A DNA stretch of 64,000 nt from an uncultured Bacilli bacterium. Lineage in GTDB: Bacteria; Bacillota_I; Bacilli_A; ML615J-28; CAG-313. The DNA lies in assembly GCA_934140285.1 (NCBI GenBank), contig CAKPBI010000002.1, positions 64,804 through 128,803 of the forward strand. Reading direction: 5' to 3'. The position numbers were made by a program, and so were the translations under genes. Position 1 is the stretch's first letter; the number at the start of each line of letters is the position of its first letter. Shown here in pieces: positions 17,645 to 29,200 of the stretch. The notes under the pieces are model-generated. The model saw only the letters and a list, made by a program, of their open reading frames with translations, was not told the DNA's origin and made no database searches.

Positions 17645-20533
17645 ATGAAAAATTATGAATTATTAAAAGAAAAATATATTGAAGAAGTTGCATCTAATGT
17701 AAAGTTATTAAAACATACTAAATCAGGTGCCCACATTCTTTTATTTGAAAATGAAGATCCAAACAAAGTATTTTCGGTAGGTTTCAGAACTCCACCAACA
17801 AATGATACCGGAGTTCCTCATATTCTAGAGCACTCTACATTATGTGGTTCAAAGAAGTTCCCAGTAAAAGACCCTTTTATTGAGTTATTAAAGAGTTCAC
17901 TAAATACTTTTTTAAATGCTATGACATATCCTGATAAGACTGTATACCCAGTCGCAAGTCTAAATGATCATGATTTTAAAAACTTAATGGAAGTATATAT
18001 GGATGCGGTATTTTATCCAAATGTATATCTTCATGAAGAAATATTTAAACAAGAAGGTTGGCATTATGAATTAGATAGTGTTGATGGGGATATAACTTAT
18101 AATGGAGTTGTATATAACGAAATGAAAGGTGCTTTCTCAAGCCCTGAACAAGTTGTAATGCGTGTATCTCGTCATGCTTTATTCCCAGATACTACCTATG
18201 GTGTTGAATCTGGTGGTGATCCTGATTTTATTCCTGATCTTACATATCAAGAATTCTTGAAATTCCATCAACGTTTCTATCATCCATCAAATAGTTATAT
18301 CTTCTTATATGGAAATATGAATATGGATGAAAAACTAGAATGGATGGATCAAGAATATTTAAGCCATTTTGATAGAATTAAACAAGATTCAGATATTGAA
18401 TATCAAAAATCATTTACAGAACCACATTATGAACAATACTTCTATCCAGTAGGAAAAGAAGAATCACTTGAAAATAAAACATACTACTCATATAATGCTG
18501 TAGTCGGAACATATAAAGATGTTACTTTAACATATGCTTTCCAAGTTTTAACATATGCTTTATTTAAAGCTCCAGGAGCTCCGCTAAAACAAGCTTTAGT
18601 TGCATCAGGCATTGGAAATGATATTCTAAGCGATTTTGATAGTGGTATGAAACAATCAGTATTAAGTGTTATTGTAAAAGATGCTCCAGAAAATAAACTT
18701 GAAGAGTTAAAGTCAATTATTAATAATACCTTAAATGATTTAGTAACAAAAGGTATTGATAAAAAATCATTACTTTCAGCAATCAATTTCTATGAATTTA
18801 AGTATCGTGAAGCGGACTTTGGCGGAATCCCTGCTGGCCTTGTTTATGGTCTAAATGCTTTTGACACTTGGCTATATGATGAAAATGATCCATTCTCTAC
18901 TCTTGAATTCTATCATATTTTTGAAGAATTAAAAGAAAAAGTTGAAAGCAATTACTATGAAGAATTACTTAAAAAGTATTTAATTGATAATCCTCATATT
19001 GCTTATGTAACCGTATCTCCAAGTAATACTTTAGGTGAAGAAAAAGCCAAAGCTTTAAAAGATAAATTACAAGCTTATAAAGATACCCTAACAAAGGAAC
19101 AACTTGAAAAATTAGTAGAAGACACTAAAAATCTAAAAAATTATCAAGAAACCCCATCAACTCAAGAAGAACTTTCAACAATACCACTACTTACTAAAGA
19201 TGATATTGATGAAAAAGTTGATAATGTTGAAAACATTGAAGAAATTATTGATGATGTTAAAGTAATTAAACAAGACATCGACACTAAAGGAATTAGTTAT
19301 TTTACACTAAACTTTGATACTAAGAATGTACCACTTGAATTAATACCATACATCGGATTATTAAATAAGGTTTTAACAAATGTTGATACTGCTAACTACC
19401 TATATGAAGATCTAACAAAAGAAATTAATATTAATACTGGTGGTATTACTACATCTTTTACTGCCTATAATGTAGGTAAAAATGATGTCTTACCATTATT
19501 TACAATTAATGCTAAAGCTCTTGATGCGAATGTTAACTATATCTTCTCATTAACAAAAGAAATAATTACTTCATCTAAATTAGATAACAAACAAAGAATA
19601 AGAGAAATAATTATGGAAGCAAAATCACAATCTCAAATGTTCTTTATGGAAAGTGGTCATGCGGCAGCTGTTAATAGAGCTTTATCATATCTTCGTTCAG
19701 CTAATCTATACAATGATTATGTAAGTGGAATATCACAATATCAATTTATTGAAAGTTTAGTTAGGGACTTTGATAACTTGTATCCTACAATTGTAAAAAA
19801 TCTTGAAGAATTAATGAAATATGTTTTCCGTAAAGAAAATTTAATCATTTCTTATACAGGTAAAAACTTTAAATATGAAGAAGAAATTATGAATTTCTTG
19901 CCTTCTTTAAATGATAATAAAATCAAAAAGCAACCATTTGAATTTAAAGTAGATATAAAGAATGAAGGATTTAAAACGCCATCCACTGTTCAATATGTCG
20001 CAAGAGTAGGAAACTATGAAGACCTTGCAACATACACTGGTGCCTTCCAAGTTTTCGCAATGGCTCTTCGCTATGATTATTTATGGATGAAAGTTCGTGT
20101 ACTTGGTGGAGCCTATGGATGCATGGCGAACTTCCAAAGAAATGGTAATGTGTTATTTGTATCATATCGTGATCCAAATCTAGATCGCACAAATGAAGTA
20201 TATGAAGGCATACCTACTTATATCGACAATTTCAATCCAACTGAAGAAGAATTAACAAAATACATTATCGGTGCTATTGGCTATCTTGATACTCCTAGAA
20301 CTCCTCGTGAACAAGGACAACGTGCTTTCACTAACTATTTACAAGGTATAACCTATGAAGATTTAGTAAGAGAAAGAAAAGAAGTAATTAATGTTACTTT
20401 AGAAGATATCAAAGCCTTGAAACCTTTAATTGAAAAAGCTTTAAAAGATGATGCAATGTGTACGATTGGAAATGAAAACAAAGTAGAAGAATCTCCATTA
20501 TTTAAAGAGAAAAAGTATTTAATGAATATATAA
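17645..20533 (+). CDS. M16-family (insulinase/PreP-like, M16C) zinc metallopeptidase
   Basis: Inverted zinc-binding motif HILEHSTLCGSKKFP (HxxEH); ~960 aa four-domain architecture typical of M16C. Confidence 0.8.
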   Translation: MKNYELLKEKYIEEVASNVKLLKHTKSGAHILLFENEDPNKVFSVGFRTPPTNDTGVPHILEHSTLCGSKKFPVKDPFIELLKSSLNTFLNAMTYPDKTVYPVASLNDHDFKNLMEVYMDAVFYPNVYLHEEIFKQEGWHYELDSVDGDITYNGVVYNEMKGAFSSPEQVVMRVSRHALFPDTTYGVESGGDPDFIPDLTYQEFLKFHQRFYHPSNSYIFLYGNMNMDEKLEWMDQEYLSHFDRIKQDSDIEYQKSFTEPHYEQYFYPVGKEESLENKTYYSYNAVVGTYKDVTLTYAFQVLTYALFKAPGAPLKQALVASGIGNDILSDFDSGMKQSVLSVIVKDAPENKLEELKSIINNTLNDLVTKGIDKKSLLSAINFYEFKYREADFGGIPAGLVYGLNAFDTWLYDENDPFSTLEFYHIFEELKEKVESNYYEELLKKYLIDNPHIAYVTVSPSNTLGEEKAKALKDKLQAYKDTLTKEQLEKLVEDTKNLKNYQETPSTQEELSTIPLLTKDDIDEKVDNVENIEEIIDDVKVIKQDIDTKGISYFTLNFDTKNVPLELIPYIGLLNKVLTNVDTANYLYEDLTKEININTGGITTSFTAYNVGKNDVLPLFTINAKALDANVNYIFSLTKEIITSSKLDNKQRIREIIMEAKSQSQMFFMESGHAAAVNRALSYLRSANLYNDYVSGISQYQFIESLVRDFDNLYPTIVKNLEELMKYVFRKENLIISYTGKNFKYEEEIMNFLPSLNDNKIKKQPFEFKVDIKNEGFKTPSTVQYVARVGNYEDLATYTGAFQVFAMALRYDYLWMKVRVLGGAYGCMANFQRNGNVLFVSYRDPNLDRTNEVYEGIPTYIDNFNPTEEELTKYIIGAIGYLDTPRTPREQGQRAFTNYLQGITYEDLVRERKEVINVTLEDIKALKPLIEKALKDDAMCTIGNENKVEESPLFKEKKYLMNI

Positions 20534-20545
20534 TAAATATATGAA

Positions 20546-20581
20546 AAGCGTTCCCCTAAAAATAACAGGGAACGTTTTTTT
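20546..20581 (+). terminator. Rho-independent terminator after the M16 peptidase gene
   Basis: cgttccc / gggaacg stem followed by T7. Confidence 0.6.
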
Positions 20582-20658
20582 ATATTCTTATTTTATTTAC
20601 TAAAAGTCTTTAATATTTTCCCAAAATATGATAAAATATCTAAAAAGAAGGTGAAACA

Positions 20659-23094
20659 ATGCAAGATATTACTAAATTACTAGATAATCCAAACGTAATT
20701 ATTTTATGTTCATCAAACGTAAAAAAAGATTTGGTAAGTAAATATAGTTCCAAAATTCATAAAGCTATCTTCAAATCATTTAATGATTTTAAAAAAGATT
20801 TATTTCCTGAAATTGATTTAAAAATGATTATTAGGAATAATTCTAACGACGAAGATTTAGAAATAACAAAACTAAAATTAAAAAATGCTTGTTTAATACA
20901 AGATGATTCTCCTTCTTTATTTATTCATGAACTTTATGAATTAAAAATTAAAAACAATCTTTTTATAAATAAACAAATGTTAAACTATTTTAATAGATAT
21001 GATATATATATAATTAATTATGAAAATGATGATGATCTATTAAACATATGTTTAAAAGAAATTAAAAATAAATACAATTTATCATCTACTAACCTAAAAG
21101 CAAAACATCCTCACACTTTATATCAGTTCAATGATTATGAAGAAGAAATTATATATATCACAAATACAATCTATAAACTATTAAAAGCAAATATTGACAT
21201 TAATAAAATAGTCATTAATGAAGTATCTCAAGATTATCTAATCAAATTAAGAGAAATATTTTCTTTATATGACATTTCGCTTGAAAATAATGAAAATACT
21301 TCCCTTTATGATATTAGTGAAGTAAAAAACTTTATCAATGAAATACTAGATGAAGAAGGATTATTTAATGAAGTCATCACCAAAAAGTTAGAAAATAAAG
21401 GATTATCAACAAACCTTATAAATACAATTAATAGTTTAAGTGTTTTAAATTACTTCAATTATCATACAAGTGATAAGAAATTAAAAGACATTATAAAGTA
21501 TATTTTAAAACATACCTATGTTAAACCAAAACTGATGAAAAATGTTGTTAGAATTGAAAATATCTTTGATCATATTTATGATGAAGATACATATATCTTT
21601 TTATTAAACTTTAATCAAGATGTTGTACCACCAACTTTCAAAAACAATCAATATTTAAGTGATGAAATAAGATTAGATAATAATCTTGTTACAAGTACGT
21701 TTAAAAATGAAGTAACCAAAAAACATGTAATTGATACAATAAATTCCATCAAAAATCTTTATATATCTTCATCATTAAAGTTTTTTGTTAGAAACTCTCT
21801 TTTAAAAAATAGTGAATTATCTTCAAATATTAATATATATAATAAAAAAATAGCCCTAGATGAAATAACTTCTCGAAATGTTGCTAAACTATTATTCATC
21901 AAATCACTTAATAAGTTTAATCTTTATCATGAAATAGATGACACCCTTTTAAAAGGTTATGCTTATTTTAGCGAGGAGACAAAACATAACTATGATGCTT
22001 CTTTTAAGAAAACTAGTGATTTAATCCTTAATAATTTAAATCAAGAATTATATTTATCCTACTCATCTCTTGATGATTACTTTAAATGTCCTTTCAAATA
22101 TTATTTAAAACATGTCTTAAAAATAACAAATGAAAATGATTCAACAAACGATAACCCAAGTCTTTTTGTTGGAACATTATTCCATGATGTTTTAGAAAAA
22201 TATGTTAGAATGCAATTTATTGAAAATATTGAGATTGTTGATATAGAAACCTTTATAAAGGAAGAAATTAATAGTTTTGTTACTAAAAAAGAAATTAACC
22301 TAAGCCCTAAGTATAAACTATATTTTACAATCTTTAAGGAAAACTTACAAAATATTATTAAAAGAATCAAAAATAGTGATGATAACTCCTTATTTAAAGC
22401 ATTTGATGTCGAAAAGAAATTTAAACTAAATTTAGGTGATAATATCTACTTAGTAGGAACAGTTGATAAAATTCTAAAATATAACGACTATTATATTGTA
22501 GTTGATTATAAAACTAGAAATGTTGATTCAAATCTAAATGATATTGATAAAGGATTAGAATTACAACTTCCTATTTATATGCTTTTTATAAAGAGTATGG
22601 ATGAACTTGCTAAATTTGGAGGTTTATATTTACAAAGTATTTTAAAGAGTACCCCTTATCGTTTTGATGAAAAGAAAACATATGATGTTCTTTATTTAGA
22701 AAGTACGAAATATGCAGGATATACAAATATGGAAAGTGATGTAATAAATGCTATTGATACAGCTTACTATACGGAAGAAAAAATGCTACCTACCATTCCT
22801 TTTAAAAATAATGGTGATTTAACAGCTAATTTTATGAAGCATGCTCTATCAGATACAGACTTTGATAAAATCGCAAATTATGTTAAAAAATTAATAATTG
22901 AGACATCTATCAAGATTAGAAATGGTGAATTTCCTATTTCACCAATTAAACTTTCAAATGAAGAGTCAGCATGTAGTACATGTAATATGAAAAAAATATG
23001 TTACATGACTCCTAAAAACATTAGGGTTTTTGTTAAAAATGCTAATCTTGATTATATTTTAAAAGAAGGAGGATTGAACAATGAAATGGAGTAA
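20659..23094 (+). CDS. addB: Helicase-nuclease complex subunit B (AddB/RexB), compact form
   Basis: C-terminal PD-(D/E)xK nuclease (GTVDKILKYNDYYIVVDYKT) with flanking Cys ligands (CPFKYY...CSTCNMKKICYM) for an Fe-S cluster. Lies immediately upstream of and overlaps addA. No N-terminal Walker A is visible. Confidence 0.65.
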   Translation: MQDITKLLDNPNVIILCSSNVKKDLVSKYSSKIHKAIFKSFNDFKKDLFPEIDLKMIIRNNSNDEDLEITKLKLKNACLIQDDSPSLFIHELYELKIKNNLFINKQMLNYFNRYDIYIINYENDDDLLNICLKEIKNKYNLSSTNLKAKHPHTLYQFNDYEEEIIYITNTIYKLLKANIDINKIVINEVSQDYLIKLREIFSLYDISLENNENTSLYDISEVKNFINEILDEEGLFNEVITKKLENKGLSTNLINTINSLSVLNYFNYHTSDKKLKDIIKYILKHTYVKPKLMKNVVRIENIFDHIYDEDTYIFLLNFNQDVVPPTFKNNQYLSDEIRLDNNLVTSTFKNEVTKKHVIDTINSIKNLYISSSLKFFVRNSLLKNSELSSNINIYNKKIALDEITSRNVAKLLFIKSLNKFNLYHEIDDTLLKGYAYFSEETKHNYDASFKKTSDLILNNLNQELYLSYSSLDDYFKCPFKYYLKHVLKITNENDSTNDNPSLFVGTLFHDVLEKYVRMQFIENIEIVDIETFIKEEINSFVTKKEINLSPKYKLYFTIFKENLQNIIKRIKNSDDNSLFKAFDVEKKFKLNLGDNIYLVGTVDKILKYNDYYIVVDYKTRNVDSNLNDIDKGLELQLPIYMLFIKSMDELAKFGGLYLQSILKSTPYRFDEKKTYDVLYLESTKYAGYTNMESDVINAIDTAYYTEEKMLPTIPFKNNGDLTANFMKHALSDTDFDKIANYVKKLIIETSIKIRNGEFPISPIKLSNEESACSTCNMKKICYMTPKNIRVFVKNANLDYILKEGGLNNEME

Positions 23095-26000
23095 AGAACA
23101 ACAACTCGCAATTTATGAATCAAATAAATCAATCCTCGTAAATGCTGGCGCTGGTTCTGGTAAAACGGCAGTACTTACAGAACGTTTATTACAAAAAGTA
23201 AAAAGCCAAGAAAAACTAGAAAACCTAATTGTATTAACCTTTAGTGTTTTAGCTGCATCTGAAATGAAAGAGCGTTTGAGAAAGAAACTCCAAGAGTCAA
23301 ACGATCCTAACTGCTTAAAAGAACTTGCTCATATTGATCAAGCAAACATCCAAACATTTGATTCTTTTACCAATGAAATTGTAAAAAAATATCATTACAC
23401 TCTAAATATTCCTCGAAATATTAATATTGTTTCAGGAAGTGAGTTTAAGATTGTCGCCCTTAAAATATTAAAAGAACTCTTCGATGAGTATTATGAATCA
23501 AATAATCAAAAATTTATGCATTTAGTTAGAACATATACAGTTAAAGATGATGCTGTCCTACTAGATACTTTAATCAAACTATATATGGATATTCGTTTAA
23601 AACCCGATTATAAAAAAACATTAAATAATCATCATTTGTTTTATGAGGCAGAATATAGAAATAATTTAAAAAATGAATATCTTCAAATGATTAAACAAAA
23701 AATCAAAGAGTTAAGTACATTCATCGATGAACTAGGAAAGTACACTAGTGATTCTAAATTATATGAACATTTTCAACAAGTATGTAGAATCTACGAAACA
23801 ACACTTGAAGCTAATTCATATGATGAACTATGCATAATCAAAAACCTATCTTTTCCAACACTTCCTAAAACTAAACCTAATGAGGAAAAAAACATATACT
23901 CAGATATATATAACACTTTAAAAAAATATATATCATCAATAGCTAGCCTTTTAATCTACACCGATGAAAAAGAATTAAACGAAGGCTATCTATCAACATC
24001 TAACGATACTTTAGTTATTATGGAAATCCTCCTAAAATTAGATATAAGATTAAATGAATATAAAAGAAATCATAATGTTTATGACTTTACAGATATTCAA
24101 TTTATGGCCATTCAAATACTTGAAGAAAATGAAAACATTAGAGAAAGTATTAAAAATAATGCTCATGAAATCTTAATAGATGAATATCAAGATACCTCTG
24201 ATGTGCAAGAATATTTAGTTGGATTAATATCAAATAATAATGTCTATATGGTAGGAGATGTTAAACAATCAATCTATCGCTTTAGAAATGCAAACCCTAA
24301 TATTTTTAAAGAAAAATATCAACTACTAAAAGTAACCCCTCCTAATATGGTAATTGATCTTGCTAAAAACTTTCGTTCAAGAAAAGAAGTATTGGACATT
24401 GTAAATTTAGTATTTAAAAATCTAATGTCACCAAATATTGGTGGTGTAGAATATAATGAATCTCACTATTTAAACTATGGCTTTAGTGTGTATGATCAAT
24501 ATGTTGAATCTAACTATAATCTACGTGTTGTAAGATATGATGAAGAAAAGCTAAAAGAAGAATATCAAAGTTTTAATAAGAATGAATTAGAGGCCTTCTT
24601 TATCGGAAGAGACATTTTAAAAAGAGTTAACACCGAAAAAGTGTATGACAAAGAAACTAATGAGTATCGTTTAATGACATACAAAGATGTAGCTATATTA
24701 GTTGCAACCAAACAAACAATGGGATTATATAAAAAAATATTTGAATATTTAGGTATCCCCCTAAAGACATATGAAGATATTGAAGTAAATGATAACAATG
24801 ATGTTTTCGCAATCACTAGTATGTTAAAAACTATTTATTTAATTGATAAAGCAAACTATGACAAAGAAACCTTTAAAGAAACTATTGCTTCTTTCCTTCG
24901 TAGTTTCATTATTAATGAAAATGATCAAGTAGTAGCAGACATAGTTACCTCCAACGATCCTTTAAAAGCCTTCTCAACCATTCTTCCTGATATATATCAA
25001 AAATGTCAAGCTATTGGTGATATTAAAGATAATATATCAATCAATGAAATCTTAGAAAAAGCATATGAAGCTTTTAAAGTATATGAAAAAATGTTAAGCA
25101 TAAATGACTTAAACTTAACAGAATATATCCTTAACTATACTAAAAACATTATAACTAACTTAATTAATCTAGATTATACCCTAAAGGATGTTATTGAATA
25201 CTTTGATATGTTATTTAGTGATGACTCCTTAAAAGTAAAAATATCAACCAATAATCTTGAAAATTCTAACAATGTAGTTAAAATGATGACAATTCATGCT
25301 TCTAAAGGACTAGAGTTCCCCGTATGCTATTTTCCCAATCTCTATAAAGAGTTTAATTATTCTGATTTAAAAGAATTAATAACTTATAGTAAAGATTATC
25401 AAATCTTATTACCATATGAAAAAGATAAAGTACTAAAGAAAACTATAACCAAACTATTATATGATAATAAGTATCACCTTGATGAAGTTGGAGAAAGAAT
25501 AAGACTACTATATGTTGCGTTAACAAGACCAAGGGAACAAATCATTTTAGTTTTACCAAATATGAAGAAAGAGATTAACTATAAAATCAATGATTTAATA
25601 AAACAAAACTTTAAATCATTTAGGGAAATGATTAATAGTGTTTCTGATGAATTATTACCATTCACTGAGGAAATGGATATTGATAGCGTTTCTTTAACTC
25701 TAGATTACGTAAAACCAAATAAAAAACTAGTAGATTTAAATATGAATGTGAATGAATTAAAATTTGATAATATGATAATTAAGGAAATATTTGAAGATGA
25801 GGCTCATCCTTCAATGACCCATATGACATATCCAAGTCTTGAAGAAATGAAAATGATGGAAAAAGGTACTCACTTTCACAAACTACTTGAAATCATTGAT
25901 TTATCAAATCCTGACTTTTCCCTTCTTACCAAAGAAGAAGAGAAAATGGTTAAAAACTTTATTAATCATCCATTTATAAAAAACATACCGATAGTTAGTT

Positions 26001-26248
26001 TATTTCATGAATATCCATTTACTTTTATACTAGACGATATTCATATAAATGGTGTAATTGATTTGATAATTGAAACAAATAATGAGTATATTATTATTGA
26101 CTACAAGTTAAATGATATTAGTAAGGATGGATATCAAAAACAATTGAATATATATGCGGCATATTTAAAAAGTGTAACAACAAAGAAAATATCAGCATAT
26201 CTTTACTCTATTGTCCATAATGAATTCAAAGAAGTAATACTTGATTAG
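23081..26248 (+). CDS. addA: ATP-dependent helicase/nuclease subunit A (AddA/RexA; UvrD-like)
   Basis: QQLAIYESNKSILVNAGAGSGKTAVLTERL (UvrD motif I), DEYQDTS, C-terminal nuclease IDLIIETNNEYIIIDYK. Strong RBS aaggagg. Confidence 0.8.
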   Translation: MKWSKEQQLAIYESNKSILVNAGAGSGKTAVLTERLLQKVKSQEKLENLIVLTFSVLAASEMKERLRKKLQESNDPNCLKELAHIDQANIQTFDSFTNEIVKKYHYTLNIPRNINIVSGSEFKIVALKILKELFDEYYESNNQKFMHLVRTYTVKDDAVLLDTLIKLYMDIRLKPDYKKTLNNHHLFYEAEYRNNLKNEYLQMIKQKIKELSTFIDELGKYTSDSKLYEHFQQVCRIYETTLEANSYDELCIIKNLSFPTLPKTKPNEEKNIYSDIYNTLKKYISSIASLLIYTDEKELNEGYLSTSNDTLVIMEILLKLDIRLNEYKRNHNVYDFTDIQFMAIQILEENENIRESIKNNAHEILIDEYQDTSDVQEYLVGLISNNNVYMVGDVKQSIYRFRNANPNIFKEKYQLLKVTPPNMVIDLAKNFRSRKEVLDIVNLVFKNLMSPNIGGVEYNESHYLNYGFSVYDQYVESNYNLRVVRYDEEKLKEEYQSFNKNELEAFFIGRDILKRVNTEKVYDKETNEYRLMTYKDVAILVATKQTMGLYKKIFEYLGIPLKTYEDIEVNDNNDVFAITSMLKTIYLIDKANYDKETFKETIASFLRSFIINENDQVVADIVTSNDPLKAFSTILPDIYQKCQAIGDIKDNISINEILEKAYEAFKVYEKMLSINDLNLTEYILNYTKNIITNLINLDYTLKDVIEYFDMLFSDDSLKVKISTNNLENSNNVVKMMTIHASKGLEFPVCYFPNLYKEFNYSDLKELITYSKDYQILLPYEKDKVLKKTITKLLYDNKYHLDEVGERIRLLYVALTRPREQIILVLPNMKKEINYKINDLIKQNFKSFREMINSVSDELLPFTEEMDIDSVSLTLDYVKPNKKLVDLNMNVNELKFDNMIIKEIFEDEAHPSMTHMTYPSLEEMKMMEKGTHFHKLLEIIDLSNPDFSLLTKEEEKMVKNFINHPFIKNIPIVSLFHEYPFTFILDDIHINGVIDLIIETNNEYIIIDYKLNDISKDGYQKQLNIYAAYLKSVTTKKISAYLYSIVHNEFKEVILD

Positions 26249-26260
26249 AGAGGAAATAAA

Positions 26261-29200
26261 ATGAATTTTTTAAAAAAAATAATCAACAAACCAATAACCA
26301 TATGTATGATTATATTAGTACTTGTATGTGTAGGTGTATTTTCAGTCAGAAGCATGCCAGTTACCCTCTTGCCAGATTTAAACATCCCAATATTAGGTGT
26401 AACTGTGGTATATCCAGGGGCTTCCGCAACTACAGTTGAAAATGATGTAACAACAAAATTAGAAACCACACTTTCTAGTATTTCTAAAGTAACCGAAGTT
26501 AAAAGTTATTCCTTAGAGAATGCTTCATTCATAGTTTTAAGTTTTGAATATGAAACTTCCCTAAAAGAAAAAGAACAAGAAATTAAAGAAAAAATAGCTT
26601 CCGCCAATCTACCATCAAGTTGCTATGATCCAGAGATAGTAAGTTTTGACTTTAATTCATCAGCGCTTGCGACAATAGCTTTAACTTGTGATAGTAATGA
26701 TATTAATGAGCTTAAAGAAATCAGCAACACTTTATCCAATAAATTTAGTTTAATTGAAGGGGTAGGAAATGTCCAAATAAAAGGACTTCCAACAGAAAAA
26801 GTTTCTGTAAAACCAATTCTAGGCTTAGAAAGTATAACACTTTTAATAGTTGAAGCTTTATCTAAATCATCATTAGATATTCCCCTTGGAATAATTAAAA
26901 CAAGTGAAGGAAAAATATCAGTTAGGAACAATTCAGAAGCAAAAGAATTAATTGATCTTGCGAATACATCAGTATCAATTCCTTTAAAGAAAGATACATG
27001 GCAAATGCTTGATAACATTAAACAAAAAATAGAATTGATTAAAATTAGCTATGCGGATGTATTAAATACAATAGAAAAATCTAAAATAGAAGAATTACTT
27101 CAAACATTTAATAAAAAGTCAAAAGAAGAACTAGAACAAACAATTGCTAAGATAATTGAGTATAAAGATAAAATTGATAATATTTCAGATGAAAAATATA
27201 ATCCAAATGAAATACTAAAAAAATATAGTTTAATATTTCTAGCATATGGTATTAAACTAAATATAAACTATATTAACTTTTTTAGAAATATGGATAAAAG
27301 TGAATTAATTAATCTACTTGATGAATTAATGAAAATTAAAGACACTAATTTAACAATATCTTTAAATCTTATTAATTTTATTTCATCAATTGATTTTTCT
27401 CAAATAACATATGATAATAACGATACTGGTCATTACATTACTTCATTTTGTAATGTGACAAAGATAAATGAAGAGGAAGTAGAAATTACCCCTAATTTAA
27501 CAACAATTGATATTGAACAAACCAATGAGAGTTATTCATATTATAATGACCATCTTGCGGTAATCTTAGAAGTATATGGAAAATCCGGAAGTAATACATC
27601 ACAAATTGTTAAAAATGTAAAATCCATAATAAATGAAAATAGCCAAAAAGATATAAATGTTACACTATTAGATGACCAAGCTGAATTTATTGATGATTCA
27701 ATTTCTAATGTTCTTTCATCAATTCTAATTGGAGGAGTTCTTGCAATCTTAGTAATTTTCTTCTTTCTAAGAAAGGTTCGTTCCTCTCTTGTTATTGCTA
27801 TAACAATGCCATTAAGTGTACTTACAGCTTTAATAGTTCTTTATGTAAAAGGTATAACTCTTAATATGGTATCCTTAGGTGGTCTTGCTGTTGGTATTGG
27901 AATGTTGGTTGATAATAGTATAGTTGTAATTGAAGCAATTACTAAACGTCGTGAAAATGACCATATGGATGTTGCATCTGCAGCACTACATGGTACTATG
28001 GATGTTGCTGGCTCACTTTTTGCATCAACTCTAACAACAGTTTGTGTGTTTATACCAATAATGTTTACAAAAGGTTTAACAAAAGAAATTTTTACTGATT
28101 TATCATGGGCGGTTATTTTATCACTAACTTTCTCTTTGTTAGTTGCCATCTTAGTTATCCCTTCGCTTTATGCTTTATTTTGTAAGGGTAAAAAAGAAGA
28201 AGAAATTAAACCTGATAAGTTTACAACTAAACTTGAAGGAAAATATCAAAAGATATTAGAGAAAGCCTTGACTAAAAAAACTATAATAATTGTATCAATG
28301 ATTGTAATATTCATTGCTTCAATTGGCCTTGTATTAACTAGAGGAATTGAATTCTTACCGCCAAGTGATAAAGGCTTAATAGAAGTAAACTTAAATTATG
28401 ATAGCCAAATTGATATTGAAGAAGCCAATAATAAAACTCTTACGGCTACAAACTTGATAAAAGAAAACATAAATGATATATCAAGTATTGCTGTATCGGT
28501 GGGAAAACTTGGCATAATTAAAATGTCAAATGGAGCCTCAATTAGAATCCAAATAAATGATAAACGCAAAAAAACAAGTGAGGTTGCTGAAGATATCCGT
28601 AAACTCTTAAATGAAAATTCTAATTATGATGTTACAGTAAAAGAAGTCGATGGAATTGTTGCTTCAATTACTAGTGGCTTTAATGATTTAACTATTAACG
28701 TTACAGGTAGTGATGAAGAAACATTAAAACAAATAGCAACAGAACTAGAAACAGAATTATTAAGACAAAAAGGAATCACCGGAGTTAAAAACAATTTAAC
28801 TACTTTACAAAAAGAATACAAAATTAAAGTAGATAAAACCAAATGCTTAGAATATGGCATAGATTATCAAAATTTAATTATGATGCTTCGTGTTGGCCTT
28901 GCTGGTTATGAAACAGGAACTATTGAAGATAACGCTGAAGAAGTAAAAATTCAAGTAATATTTAATAATCAAACAATTACTTCATACGATGATCTTGCAA
29001 CCTTTGTTATAGGTTTTAAGGGAACCCAAACAATTAAACTTAGTGATGTCGCAAGCATCAATCAAACGGAAGAAAAAGTCCTTATCTTAAAAGATGATGG
29101 TAAACTTTCCCTTCAACTAAATATTTCTACATATGGAATTGACACCGGAACTGCAAGCCGTGAAATAAAGAAAGTAACAAAACAAGTTTTGTCAAATTAT